This document shows positions 31,470 through 39,706 of a DNA stretch of 64,000 nt, piece by piece; the first letter of the stretch is position 1; each line of letters starts with the position of its first letter. The stretch spans positions 23,543 through 87,542 of the forward strand of contig CALJKV010000064.1 of the NCBI GenBank assembly GCA_937974245.1, written 5' to 3'. This DNA is from an uncultured Chloroflexota bacterium. Its GTDB lineage: Bacteria; Chloroflexota; Anaerolineae; Aggregatilineales; Phototrophicaceae. The position numbers and the translations under genes were made by a program. Below the pieces are notes generated by a model, which worked only from the letters and a program-made list of their open reading frames with translations, was not told the DNA's origin and searched no databases.

Positions 31470-31685
31470 TCTGTCCACTTGCTTCCCGCCTGTCCCAGCA
31501 GTTACCCGCTGGATTTCCGGTTCGCTTTAGTTGTAGGAGGAATTGAGACCAGGGACGGTGGAAATGCCCCGGCGGCACCCGCTGATCTTTCGCTTTTCTC
31601 CCCGTGTCGGGGATTAGTCTCACCGTGAGGTGAGCAACCGCCACCGCGTCACCCTACACATAGAACATAGGGCCATGCGCTATCT
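31470..31685 (-). ncRNA. glmS ribozyme-like 5-prime leader
   Basis: The minus-strand leader reads AUAGCGCAUGG (cleavage-site-like A/GCGC), then a hairpin CCCUA...UAGGG. Next comes UGACGCGGUGGCGGUU (compare Bacillus UGACGAGGAUGGAGGUU), then GCGGGUGCCGCCGGGGC (compare GGCGGAUGCCUCCCGGC). GGCGG/CCGCC here replaces GGAGG/CCUCC, which is a compensatory change. The 3-prime boundary is approximate. Confidence 0.6.
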
Positions 31686-32119
31686 TTCCTCCGGTTGTGT
31701 GCGCGGCAGTTCTCCTTTATATAAATTGATATTAACGCCATTATAGATCGAAAAGATGCGTTTTGACCAGCCTGTTATGCGGGAATATAGTCGATTTCAG
31801 AAAGAATTTACGGATGTATCCATCTGGCATGGCTATCCGGGGTCGGGATTTTCGCTTGAGCGTTGAAAATGGCGTATCATATGAAGCATGGCAACGGGAA
31901 AGCCATAGGTCGAATTCCTGACCAGCATATCTGTGAATTTCACTCCCAGGGACCTGGCGCATCACCTGCAAGATGCGAGTCATGATTATGTTGTGGTCAC
32001 TGACTACGGGATGAGGACACGCAAGAAACTGACGGCACTGCATATTTGGGAACCATGACAAACTGTTTCCGCTCTGAAATTCATTTTCATTATTTCACAT
32101 ACGCTTATAGGGGGGAATT

Positions 32120-33679
32120 ATGCCAGAACCAGCCGCGATCCACGAGAAGCCCTTAGCAACACCACCGCCAGATCATAAACCGGAGACAATCCATATTTTG
32201 ATCACCCAATGCCTGCAAAACGCCTTTTTCCTGGCTGAAAAAGGCCGCTTGTGCTTACCGGAATTGACCGTTAAACAAATGCTCGTTGGTGCCAATTCCG
32301 ATACGGAAGATACATCCCCGGACCCGAATCGCCGCATCTATCCGAAAGACAAACTGCAAAAGGGTCCCTTGTATACATTTCTGGATACACTGATTAGCAA
32401 TGTTTCTAAGGATCGCGAACTATATGTGCTGCACTTACGGGATTGGCATACGCCCTCACCGCGCTATGATGCTGAACGGCGGCTCTATGGTGGACATTGT
32501 GAAGCGGGCACCTGGGAGGCCGAACCACTGGCCGGCTACGAAAAATTCCTGATGCCCTGGGGGAACGACAAAGACCAGGCACAGTTAGCACTATCCTTAA
32601 ATGGCTATCGCCAGACCAACGAAAATGGCGGAAAAATCATTTACTATGATGTACGTTCCGATTCGGTGTTTGATTTCAAGGAGCCGGTTGCTTCCGAACT
32701 TTACGAAGTCTATCAGAGGGCTTTGGCGCAGCGTAAGGAACAAGGGAACAGAGCGGCTAAAATTGATGTGGACGAACAGTGCGGCGATTATTATGCCGAT
32801 ACTTTTCTGGAAGCTATTCTGGATCAGGTGATTAAGGATAAACAACGGAAAAACAGACGCGCAGGCCGCGAAACTTTAGTCTATGTTACGGTGATTGGTG
32901 TTTATACCGACATTAAAATAAGGACGTTAATCAACGGCCTTCGCGCCCGTTATGAAACTGATGGGTTGTTGGTTTCCGATGTGTTGACCGCTTCACCGGA
33001 TATTGAGCGTTCGCTGGCGGCTTATGACTTTTTCGATAAGGTTCTGAACGTTGAAGTGGTTCACAGTCTGACGGAACTACTGCGCCCAATGTTGCCTAAT
33101 CAAGATGTGATGGTTGATGAAAGTATCATCAAGGGGCTGCCAAATTTCCGAGATTACAAGACCTTTTTCCTGGATAAACAGACGGTCCTGGCCTCGCAAG
33201 ATAACAAACTGCTGGATTACCTGGAATTGACCCAAAAACGCAGCAGTGAAGTCTATACGCAGATTTACAAAGCAAACTGGTGGTTATTATGGATGGGGCG
33301 TCTCTTTCTGTTTGTCGCATTGCTCCTGGTGATTCTTCAGGTGGGCGTGAAAGAAGTTGTGATACCAACCGAGGTTTGGGTGCTGACAGGCGGTTTGTCC
33401 ATTGCCCAATTGCTGACGAGTTTCTTTCTGATCCCCATGGCGCAAATGCGGAATAATGTCAATGCACTGGTACGGCTGCAAAACTACCTGGAAACCTACA
33501 GCACTATATCGTCGCTACTGCGCTTCCATATGACACGCGCCAATCAGTTGAATCCGCAGGATACTGCGCGGTCTACCGAGGAGTTGACCTTAGTCGAAAA
33601 GCAAATGACCATCATCCAAAACGCGGCTCAGAAAATGTCGGATACCTTTAGCGATATTCCGGTCAAAGATCCGAATTAA
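32120..33679 (+). CDS. isochorismatase/nicotinamidase-fold protein with two C-terminal TM helices (519 aa)
   Basis: By-eye alignment to PncA gives three matches: IHILITQCLQNAFF (compare LLLVDLQNDF), RDWHTPSP...GGHCEAGTWEAEPL (compare QDWHP...WPDHCV...GA) and VIGVYTDIKI (compare MGLATDYCV). The catalytic Asp and Cys positions appear to be Cys and Lys. TM helices lie at about residues 386-409 and 419-441. GGGGGA RBS. Confidence 0.6.
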   Translation: MPEPAAIHEKPLATPPPDHKPETIHILITQCLQNAFFLAEKGRLCLPELTVKQMLVGANSDTEDTSPDPNRRIYPKDKLQKGPLYTFLDTLISNVSKDRELYVLHLRDWHTPSPRYDAERRLYGGHCEAGTWEAEPLAGYEKFLMPWGNDKDQAQLALSLNGYRQTNENGGKIIYYDVRSDSVFDFKEPVASELYEVYQRALAQRKEQGNRAAKIDVDEQCGDYYADTFLEAILDQVIKDKQRKNRRAGRETLVYVTVIGVYTDIKIRTLINGLRARYETDGLLVSDVLTASPDIERSLAAYDFFDKVLNVEVVHSLTELLRPMLPNQDVMVDESIIKGLPNFRDYKTFFLDKQTVLASQDNKLLDYLELTQKRSSEVYTQIYKANWWLLWMGRLFLFVALLLVILQVGVKEVVIPTEVWVLTGGLSIAQLLTSFFLIPMAQMRNNVNALVRLQNYLETYSTISSLLRFHMTRANQLNPQDTARSTEELTLVEKQMTIIQNAAQKMSDTFSDIPVKDPN

Positions 33680-33744
33680 CCGATCAGATTGCTATAATCT
33701 GGCCTGAACTATGAGCAGGGAACACAGTGAGAGGGAAGCAGCCT

Positions 33745-34866
33745 ATGGCTAACTATCGTATCGTCGTTCGACGCGGCCCCCAACCGAATGCGACCTACGA
33801 TCTGGATCAGGACGTCATCACGCTGGGACGTGACATCACCAATGAAATCCTCATCAATGACGTAGAGGTTTCGCGCCACCACATGCGTTTTTCGCGCAGC
33901 CTCAACGGCTATATGGTGGAAGACCTGGGCAGCACCAACGGCACATTCATTAATGGGCGGCGGCTGACGGGCGCTCAGGAAATCCATTCGGGCGATATGA
34001 TCGGGTTGGGTGAGACGGTGACGTTGCAGGTGGAAGTTCTGGAATATGCTCGGCCAACCACGCCGGTGCGCCGGATGGCAGCGGATTCACCGGAACTTTC
34101 GCAGGAGACGCTTTCGGCGGATGCGATATCACAGGCAGGGTATACGCCTGCCCCCAGCATCCCTCCGGCAAGAGCCTCCGGGGAGGCGCTGCGTATCTTC
34201 ATCAGCTACCGGAAAACGAACCGGAACCGGGTGGATGCTATTGCCCAGGTGTTGCATGACATGGGGCATACTGTCACGTTTGATCAGGATATTCTTCAGG
34301 GGCAGCACTGGTGGAACGTGATTATTGAGCAGATTCACCAGGCCGACCTGATTATCGCCATGCTTTCCCCGGCGTATCTCCAGTCTGAGCCTTGCCACCT
34401 GGAATACACTTACGCAGCGGCGTTGAACAAGCGGGTGCTGCCGGTACAGATTGAACCGATCAATTACCGCCAGATGCCGGTGGAATTGCAGAAAATTCAG
34501 TTGGTGGATTTTAAGCAGCAGAACAATGGCGCGATTGACCGCCTCAGCACGGCCCTATCGATTCTGCCACCGGCCATGCCGCTGCCCGCTGTGATGCCGC
34601 GTGTGCCAGAAGCGCCTATCCCGGAGATCAGCAAACTCAAGGATGAGATTATCAACCTGACGATTCAGATCAGCGCTGACCGGCAGCGGTTGATTGCGAT
34701 GCGGCTTTACGAGATGATGCGCGGCCAGAACGCTGAAGATGCGACGATGGCGCGGGAACTGCTGGGGGCTATGCTCAAACGCCCGGACATTACATTTTCA
34801 ACCGGGCAGATGATCCAGGACTGGCTGAATGCCGGACGCCCCTGGTGGAAGCGCCTGGGTGGGTAA
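33745..34866 (+). CDS. FHA-TIR fusion protein
   Basis: N-terminal FHA domain (ITLGRD...VSRHHMRF...VEDLGSTNGTFINGRRL...GDMIGLG). Central TIR-like domain (RIFISYRKTN...GHTVTFDQD...ADLIIAMLSPAYLQSEPCHLEY). Start set to the ATG at 33745 with GAGGGAAG upstream. Lies 65 nt after the preceding gene. Confidence 0.8.
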   Translation: MANYRIVVRRGPQPNATYDLDQDVITLGRDITNEILINDVEVSRHHMRFSRSLNGYMVEDLGSTNGTFINGRRLTGAQEIHSGDMIGLGETVTLQVEVLEYARPTTPVRRMAADSPELSQETLSADAISQAGYTPAPSIPPARASGEALRIFISYRKTNRNRVDAIAQVLHDMGHTVTFDQDILQGQHWWNVIIEQIHQADLIIAMLSPAYLQSEPCHLEYTYAAALNKRVLPVQIEPINYRQMPVELQKIQLVDFKQQNNGAIDRLSTALSILPPAMPLPAVMPRVPEAPIPEISKLKDEIINLTIQISADRQRLIAMRLYEMMRGQNAEDATMARELLGAMLKRPDITFSTGQMIQDWLNAGRPWWKRLGG

Positions 34867-35200
34867 GGAAGTCGCCGCCGTATAAATGCTCCCGCCGCAG
34901 CGATCAATCTTCCGGCCAGGAAACCAGGGAAACAGTGGACATACTGAACAGGTGTGTTCAGTTAGTTATAGGCACTGGTTCTTCAATACCAGCACCGCGT
35001 CATATTCATCCGGCTCACTATCGAGTCGTGGCGTTGGCTAGGAGATTTTAAGAGATTGAGATAAAATACAATTCTAGATTATGCAATCTATTAGTATTTT
35101 CTTCGAAGGCATACTTCTTTTCCTTGTACGAAAAGTACGCAAGTTGAGTTGCGTAAGTCTTGATAGTATTCGTAAAAATTTATGAAAGGGAGATTATTTG

Positions 35201-35590
35201 ATGCCTACCTGTGATATTTGCGGCGCAGAAGTCACTTTGAAAGATTACTGCAAGATAGGAATTATGCCTAATCCGATCCAACCCAAAGGCTGGTTTCTAC
35301 TTGTAAGTAATGAATCTGGAGAGAGCGAAAAAGTATCCGATACAAAACCCGCTGCCACCGAGATTGCCAAAAAACTAGGTGAGATATTTTCTAGGCAGGC
35401 AAGTATACGTGAAAGTAAAACCGAGACAGGAGGTCCAGCAAACCTTCCAGGTATGTTTGTCTCCTTGCACGGAAAACTCTATTTCTGCCACGACTGCGTT
35501 GCAGCGAATGGGGGGAAAATAACAAAGACAGGTGTTGCTTTTGTTAAGGGGAAAGCGAAGAAAAAAGGCAAGTCATGGTGGCCTTTTTAG
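35201..35590 (+). CDS. small Cys-pair (zinc-ribbon-like) protein with a Lys-rich tail
   Basis: CDIC near the N-terminus and CHDC near residue 98, with a KGKAKKKGKSWW tail. AAAGGGAG RBS. Embedded in an AT-rich islet. Confidence 0.5.
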   Translation: MPTCDICGAEVTLKDYCKIGIMPNPIQPKGWFLLVSNESGESEKVSDTKPAATEIAKKLGEIFSRQASIRESKTETGGPANLPGMFVSLHGKLYFCHDCVAANGGKITKTGVAFVKGKAKKKGKSWWPF

Positions 35591-35823
35591 TTTGCAGAAT
35601 AGCTTGATCTATCTGCATCGGACTCATACCATTTTAAAGGTCTACTGATCGCTGTCGAGTAGCACATTTATTGTGTTCATTTTAGACGAGATGGTAACGA
35701 GTGAATTATATTAGAGGCGCTCACAACTGATAGTTTCATAGACTATCTGACAAATCAGGCCCTGGCTACAAGATGATTGGTCGAATATTTGCATTTCGCA
35801 ATGTTGATAATAGGATTCCCCCC

Positions 35824-36708
35824 ATGCAATCCATCCGAGTCGCGTTGATACAACTCTCCTGGTTAGGCAGCATCGCCGCCATGCAAGCAAAGTACTCCAC
35901 AATGGTCGCAGAGGCGGCAGAACGGGGCGCGGCGCTCGTCTGCCTGCCGGAACTCTCACTCAACCCGTATTTCCCTGGCACGCGGGACAAGAGCGGTTTC
36001 CAGTGGGCTGAACGGCTTCCGGGAGGTGTATCGGATCGTTTCTTCAGCCAACTGGCGCAGCAGCATGGCGTGACGCTCGTGGGCAGCCTCTTCGAGTGGG
36101 CGGCGGATGGTCACTATTACGACACGGCGACGGTTCACGGCCCGGATGGTCGCTTAATTGGGGCGACGCGCAAAGTGCATATCCCGTCCGGCGTAGGCTA
36201 CCATGAAACCGACTTCTTCGAGGGCTGGCACGAGTACCCGGTGCTGGATGCCGGAGCGCTGCGGCTGGCCGTACCCACCTGTTACGACCAATGGTTCCCC
36301 GAACTGGCGCGGATTTACGCCCTCAATGGTGCGGAGTTCATCTTCTACCCTACCGCTATCGGGAGTGAACCCAACGCCCCGGAAGTTGATTCTCAGCCCG
36401 CCTGGGAGACAGTCATGCGCGGCCACGCTATCGCCAACGCCGTGTTCATCGCGGCAGCCAACAGGGTAGGTGAGGAAAACGGTGTGCGCTTCTATGGCAG
36501 CAGTTTTGTCTGTGATCCCACCGGGAAAATCCTGGCACAGGCCGGGCGCGACACCACCGAAGTCATCACCGCCGACCTGGATGCGGCTGTATTCAACCAG
36601 TGGCGCGACCTGTTCCCGCTGCTGCACCAGCGTCGCCCGGCCACCTACGAGCGTATCGGGGAAACGTGGGACGGCGCACGCCCGGCGTGGCTGGGACATG
36701 GCGAATAA
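35824..36708 (+). CDS. aguB: carbon-nitrogen hydrolase, N-carbamoylputrescine amidase-like
   Basis: IRVALIQL..., LPEL (catalytic Glu region), RKVHIP, and CYDQWFPELAR...YPTAIGSEP (catalytic Cys context typical of CPA). Start set to the ATG at 35824. Confidence 0.8.
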   Translation: MQSIRVALIQLSWLGSIAAMQAKYSTMVAEAAERGAALVCLPELSLNPYFPGTRDKSGFQWAERLPGGVSDRFFSQLAQQHGVTLVGSLFEWAADGHYYDTATVHGPDGRLIGATRKVHIPSGVGYHETDFFEGWHEYPVLDAGALRLAVPTCYDQWFPELARIYALNGAEFIFYPTAIGSEPNAPEVDSQPAWETVMRGHAIANAVFIAAANRVGEENGVRFYGSSFVCDPTGKILAQAGRDTTEVITADLDAAVFNQWRDLFPLLHQRRPATYERIGETWDGARPAWLGHGE

Positions 36709-36811
36709 CCCGACCTGCTCACGCGGCCTGCCCTGGCCTGAATGCAATCCTGGTTTGAATAGGTTATAATTTCATCATAATTGTAGTTGAAGCAAGTGAC
36801 CAGGAGGCTCC

Positions 36812-37315
36812 ATGCCTGCGATATTGACGAATGACCGCTTTCGTATGGAAGTATCCGTCGCCGGGTACGAATTTCCTGATGAAGGCGCGGATATTTACGA
36901 TGCGAACTGGCTGCTGATCCGGGTGCGCTTAAAGCTGGTTTATGGCGCATGGACATGGCAGGTCGAGGATGCCGGGGCGCTCACCTGGGAATTGGCTGAT
37001 GCCGTGCGGTGGTTGCGGGCGCTGGCAGCGGATGAGCATGTCGAACAGGAATGGTGCGGGTTCTCCGAGCCGGACATCCGTTTTGAGACGATTCGGAATA
37101 CAGAAGGGGAACTGGTAGGGCTCACCATTCAGTTAATGGATGAATTCCAGCCGCCGACTAAAGTGTTGATGCCGCGAGAGAACAACATCGTCACGCTGCG
37201 TTTCCACACGCCGCCCGATGTGCTGTTGGCGCTGGCGGATCGACTGGAAAAACAGCTCGTGAAATTCCCGCAGCGCGGCGAACGCCCGGCAATATCCCAG
37301 GCACAGCACCCGTAA
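36812..37315 (+). CDS. hypothetical protein (167 aa)
   Basis: Clean ORF with AGGAGG upstream. The N-terminal pattern F.MEV..YEFP......YDANWLLIRV faintly recalls immunity-protein-like families, but I cannot assign it. Confidence 0.55.
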   Translation: MPAILTNDRFRMEVSVAGYEFPDEGADIYDANWLLIRVRLKLVYGAWTWQVEDAGALTWELADAVRWLRALAADEHVEQEWCGFSEPDIRFETIRNTEGELVGLTIQLMDEFQPPTKVLMPRENNIVTLRFHTPPDVLLALADRLEKQLVKFPQRGERPAISQAQHP

Positions 37316-37345
37316 TCCGTCGAATTCTGTACAAGGTAGAACGCT

Positions 37346-39706
37346 ATGCGCCTGGTGACCATCGCGCTCGGCTGGACGGCGGGCATTTTGCTGGCGGCGA
37401 ATTCCACCAACCGCCCCACATTGATCTGGTTCGGACTGGTGATTCTGGCAGGCACTGCCCTGTGGTTGGCGTGGCCGGATGTCCCCTGGCGGCGCGGGAC
37501 GCTGGCGCTGCTGGCTTTTACGCTGGGTGGCCTGCGCTTTTCGTTTGTCCCCGTGACCAGTGATATTGCCAACTATAACAACCTGGGCGGCCTGACAATT
37601 GAAGGTGTTGTTGCCGCTGAACCGGATACCCGCGATGATCGGATTCAATTCCAGCTTGCTGCTGAAATGATCACACGGGGTGGGCAGACCGTCCCAACAG
37701 ATGGCCTGGTGCTGGTGCAAGCGCCCCGCGTGACAGCGGTGCGCTATGGAGATCGGGTAACGGCCACGGGACTCCTGAGTCTCCCCGCTGAGTTTGATAC
37801 ATTTTCGTATGCCGACTACCTGGGGCGAAGCGGCGTCTTCAGCATCATGCGGAATGCGGCGGTGGAGACTGTCTCCGGCGGTCATGGCAATCCAATCACC
37901 ATGGCGCTGCTTGACCTGAAAACGCAGGCCGCCGGTTTGATCGCCCATAGTCTGCCGGAACCAGGGGCTGGACTGCTCACCGGCATTCTTCTGGGGGACG
38001 AAAGTGGTATCGCGCCGGAGGTGGCCGATTCCTTCAGCAAAGTGGGCGCGTCGCACATCATTGCCATCAGCGGGTTTAATATGGCGGTCGTCAGCGGCGT
38101 GCTGCTGGGTATGCTGGAACGCTTCCGCGCCTCGCGCCGATGGAGCGCGATCATTGCCGTGAGCGTGCTGGTCGCGTATACGCTGTTTGTGGGGGCGAAC
38201 GCCGCGGTGGTGCGAGCGGCCATTATGAGCAGTATGCTGGTGATCGGCAGCCTGCTACGCCGCAAGACCTATGTTCCGGCGTCGCTGGCCTTCGTCGCCA
38301 TCCTTATGTCGCTGCAAAACCCTACAGTCCTCTGGGACATCAGTTTTCAGTTGAGTTTTTTCGCTACCTTAGGGCTGGCGTTGTTTGTAGACCCGATTTC
38401 GCGTTGGTTTAATGGCCTGTTGGTGCGGGGGTTGGGTCGCGGCGCGGCGACCCGCGTGGGTGATTTTCTGGCTGAACCGCTGGTGGTTACATTGGCGGCT
38501 CAGGTAACAACCCTGCCGCTAATTGTGCTGTACTTCGGACGGCTGTCGCTGGTATCGCTGATCGTGAACCTGCTGGTCATCCCAGCACAGTCTTACTTAT
38601 TCATCTTGGGACTGTTGGCGACCCTTATCGCTTTTCTCGTGCCGCCGCTGGCGCAAATCCTGTACTGGATGACGCTGGTATTGCTGGCATGGACCATTGG
38701 CGTCGTGCGCCTTTTCGCTCAGATGCCTTTTGCTGATGTGGAATTTCATGTTGACCCGCGATTGATCGCGCTATTTTTTCTGATAATGATAGGAGGGGCG
38801 CTGATGCACGCCACGAAACCAACCAGGGCGCGGCGACTGGCCCGGATGCTGCGCCAGCGGGCTGTTGTGACAACGGCGGCGCTGGTATCGCTGGCAATCG
38901 CGCTGCTGATGGTGGTGGCAGCACTTAGCCGACCGGATGGTCAATTGCATGTCTGGTTGCTGGATATGGGACACAGTAACGCCGTGCTGGTACAGACCCC
39001 CGGTGGGGCGCATCTACTGATTGATGGCGGGCATTTTCCTTCGCGGTTGCTCACGGCGCTGGGTGACCGTCTGCCATTCAACGACCTGGAAATTGACGTG
39101 ATGGTTGTCACCCAGCCCGATGAGGCCGATTACGGCGCTCTCCCGGCGGTGCTGGCGCGCTACGATGTGGGCGTTGTGCTGACGAATGGGCAGCCGAATC
39201 TCAGCCCAGCGTTCCAGGAGTTGGAGGCAAAACTCGCCACTCGTGAGGTTGTGACGGTTCGTGCCGGGTATACGCTGGAAACCAGTGATGGCGTGCTGCT
39301 GGAAGTCCTGCATCCGCAGACGCAGCCCGAACTGGGGGACAGCCTAGATGATTCGGCACTGGTGCTGCGCTTGATATATGGGGATGTGTCGTTCCTCATC
39401 CCGGGCGATCTGAGCCGGGAGGGGCAGGCGGTGCTGCTCGAATCCGGGGAGTGGCCGCTGGCGACGGTCTTGCAGCTTCCCCGGCATGGCGCGGTTCGTT
39501 CATTGGATGAAGCCTTTCTCAGTGCAGTACAGCCGCAGGTCGTTGTGCTGCAAAATGACCCGGCTAACCGGCGCGGTGACCCGGACGGCGACACGCTCGC
39601 CCTGCTGGGGGATACGCTGCTGTTCCGTACCGACGATGAGCGTAACAGATCACACACATTGCATCTGTATACAGACGGCAGCGAACTGTGGGTGGTGAAC
39701 GAGTGA
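37346..39706 (+). CDS. comEC: DNA internalization-related competence protein ComEC/Rec2 (with C-terminal metallo-beta-lactamase domain)
   Basis: N-terminal OB-like region, a competence-domain polytopic membrane core (GASHIIAISGFNMAVV) and a C-terminal MBL-like domain (LLDMGHSNAVLVQTPGG...LIDGG). Confidence 0.85.
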   Translation: MRLVTIALGWTAGILLAANSTNRPTLIWFGLVILAGTALWLAWPDVPWRRGTLALLAFTLGGLRFSFVPVTSDIANYNNLGGLTIEGVVAAEPDTRDDRIQFQLAAEMITRGGQTVPTDGLVLVQAPRVTAVRYGDRVTATGLLSLPAEFDTFSYADYLGRSGVFSIMRNAAVETVSGGHGNPITMALLDLKTQAAGLIAHSLPEPGAGLLTGILLGDESGIAPEVADSFSKVGASHIIAISGFNMAVVSGVLLGMLERFRASRRWSAIIAVSVLVAYTLFVGANAAVVRAAIMSSMLVIGSLLRRKTYVPASLAFVAILMSLQNPTVLWDISFQLSFFATLGLALFVDPISRWFNGLLVRGLGRGAATRVGDFLAEPLVVTLAAQVTTLPLIVLYFGRLSLVSLIVNLLVIPAQSYLFILGLLATLIAFLVPPLAQILYWMTLVLLAWTIGVVRLFAQMPFADVEFHVDPRLIALFFLIMIGGALMHATKPTRARRLARMLRQRAVVTTAALVSLAIALLMVVAALSRPDGQLHVWLLDMGHSNAVLVQTPGGAHLLIDGGHFPSRLLTALGDRLPFNDLEIDVMVVTQPDEADYGALPAVLARYDVGVVLTNGQPNLSPAFQELEAKLATREVVTVRAGYTLETSDGVLLEVLHPQTQPELGDSLDDSALVLRLIYGDVSFLIPGDLSREGQAVLLESGEWPLATVLQLPRHGAVRSLDEAFLSAVQPQVVVLQNDPANRRGDPDGDTLALLGDTLLFRTDDERNRSHTLHLYTDGSELWVVNE

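Noticed and set aside
31741-32061. 106-aa minus-strand ORF between the glmS leader and the nicotinamidase-fold gene. There is also a roughly 41-codon plus-strand mini-ORF ending near 32058 whose translation (FTPRDLAHHLQDASHDYVVVTDYG...) vaguely recalls a Phd/YefM antitoxin.
   Set aside because: The minus-strand ORF ends exactly at the glmS promoter-like TATAAT, has no RBS and has an odd composition. The plus-strand mini-ORF has only a GTG start, no partner toxin gene, and a resemblance too weak to call.
36812-37315. Possible immunity-protein-like (WapI-type) assignment for the 167-aa protein upstream of comEC.
   Set aside because: It rests only on a vague memory of an YEFP...YDANWL pattern. 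There is no adjacent toxin or polymorphic-toxin gene, so it was left as hypothetical.
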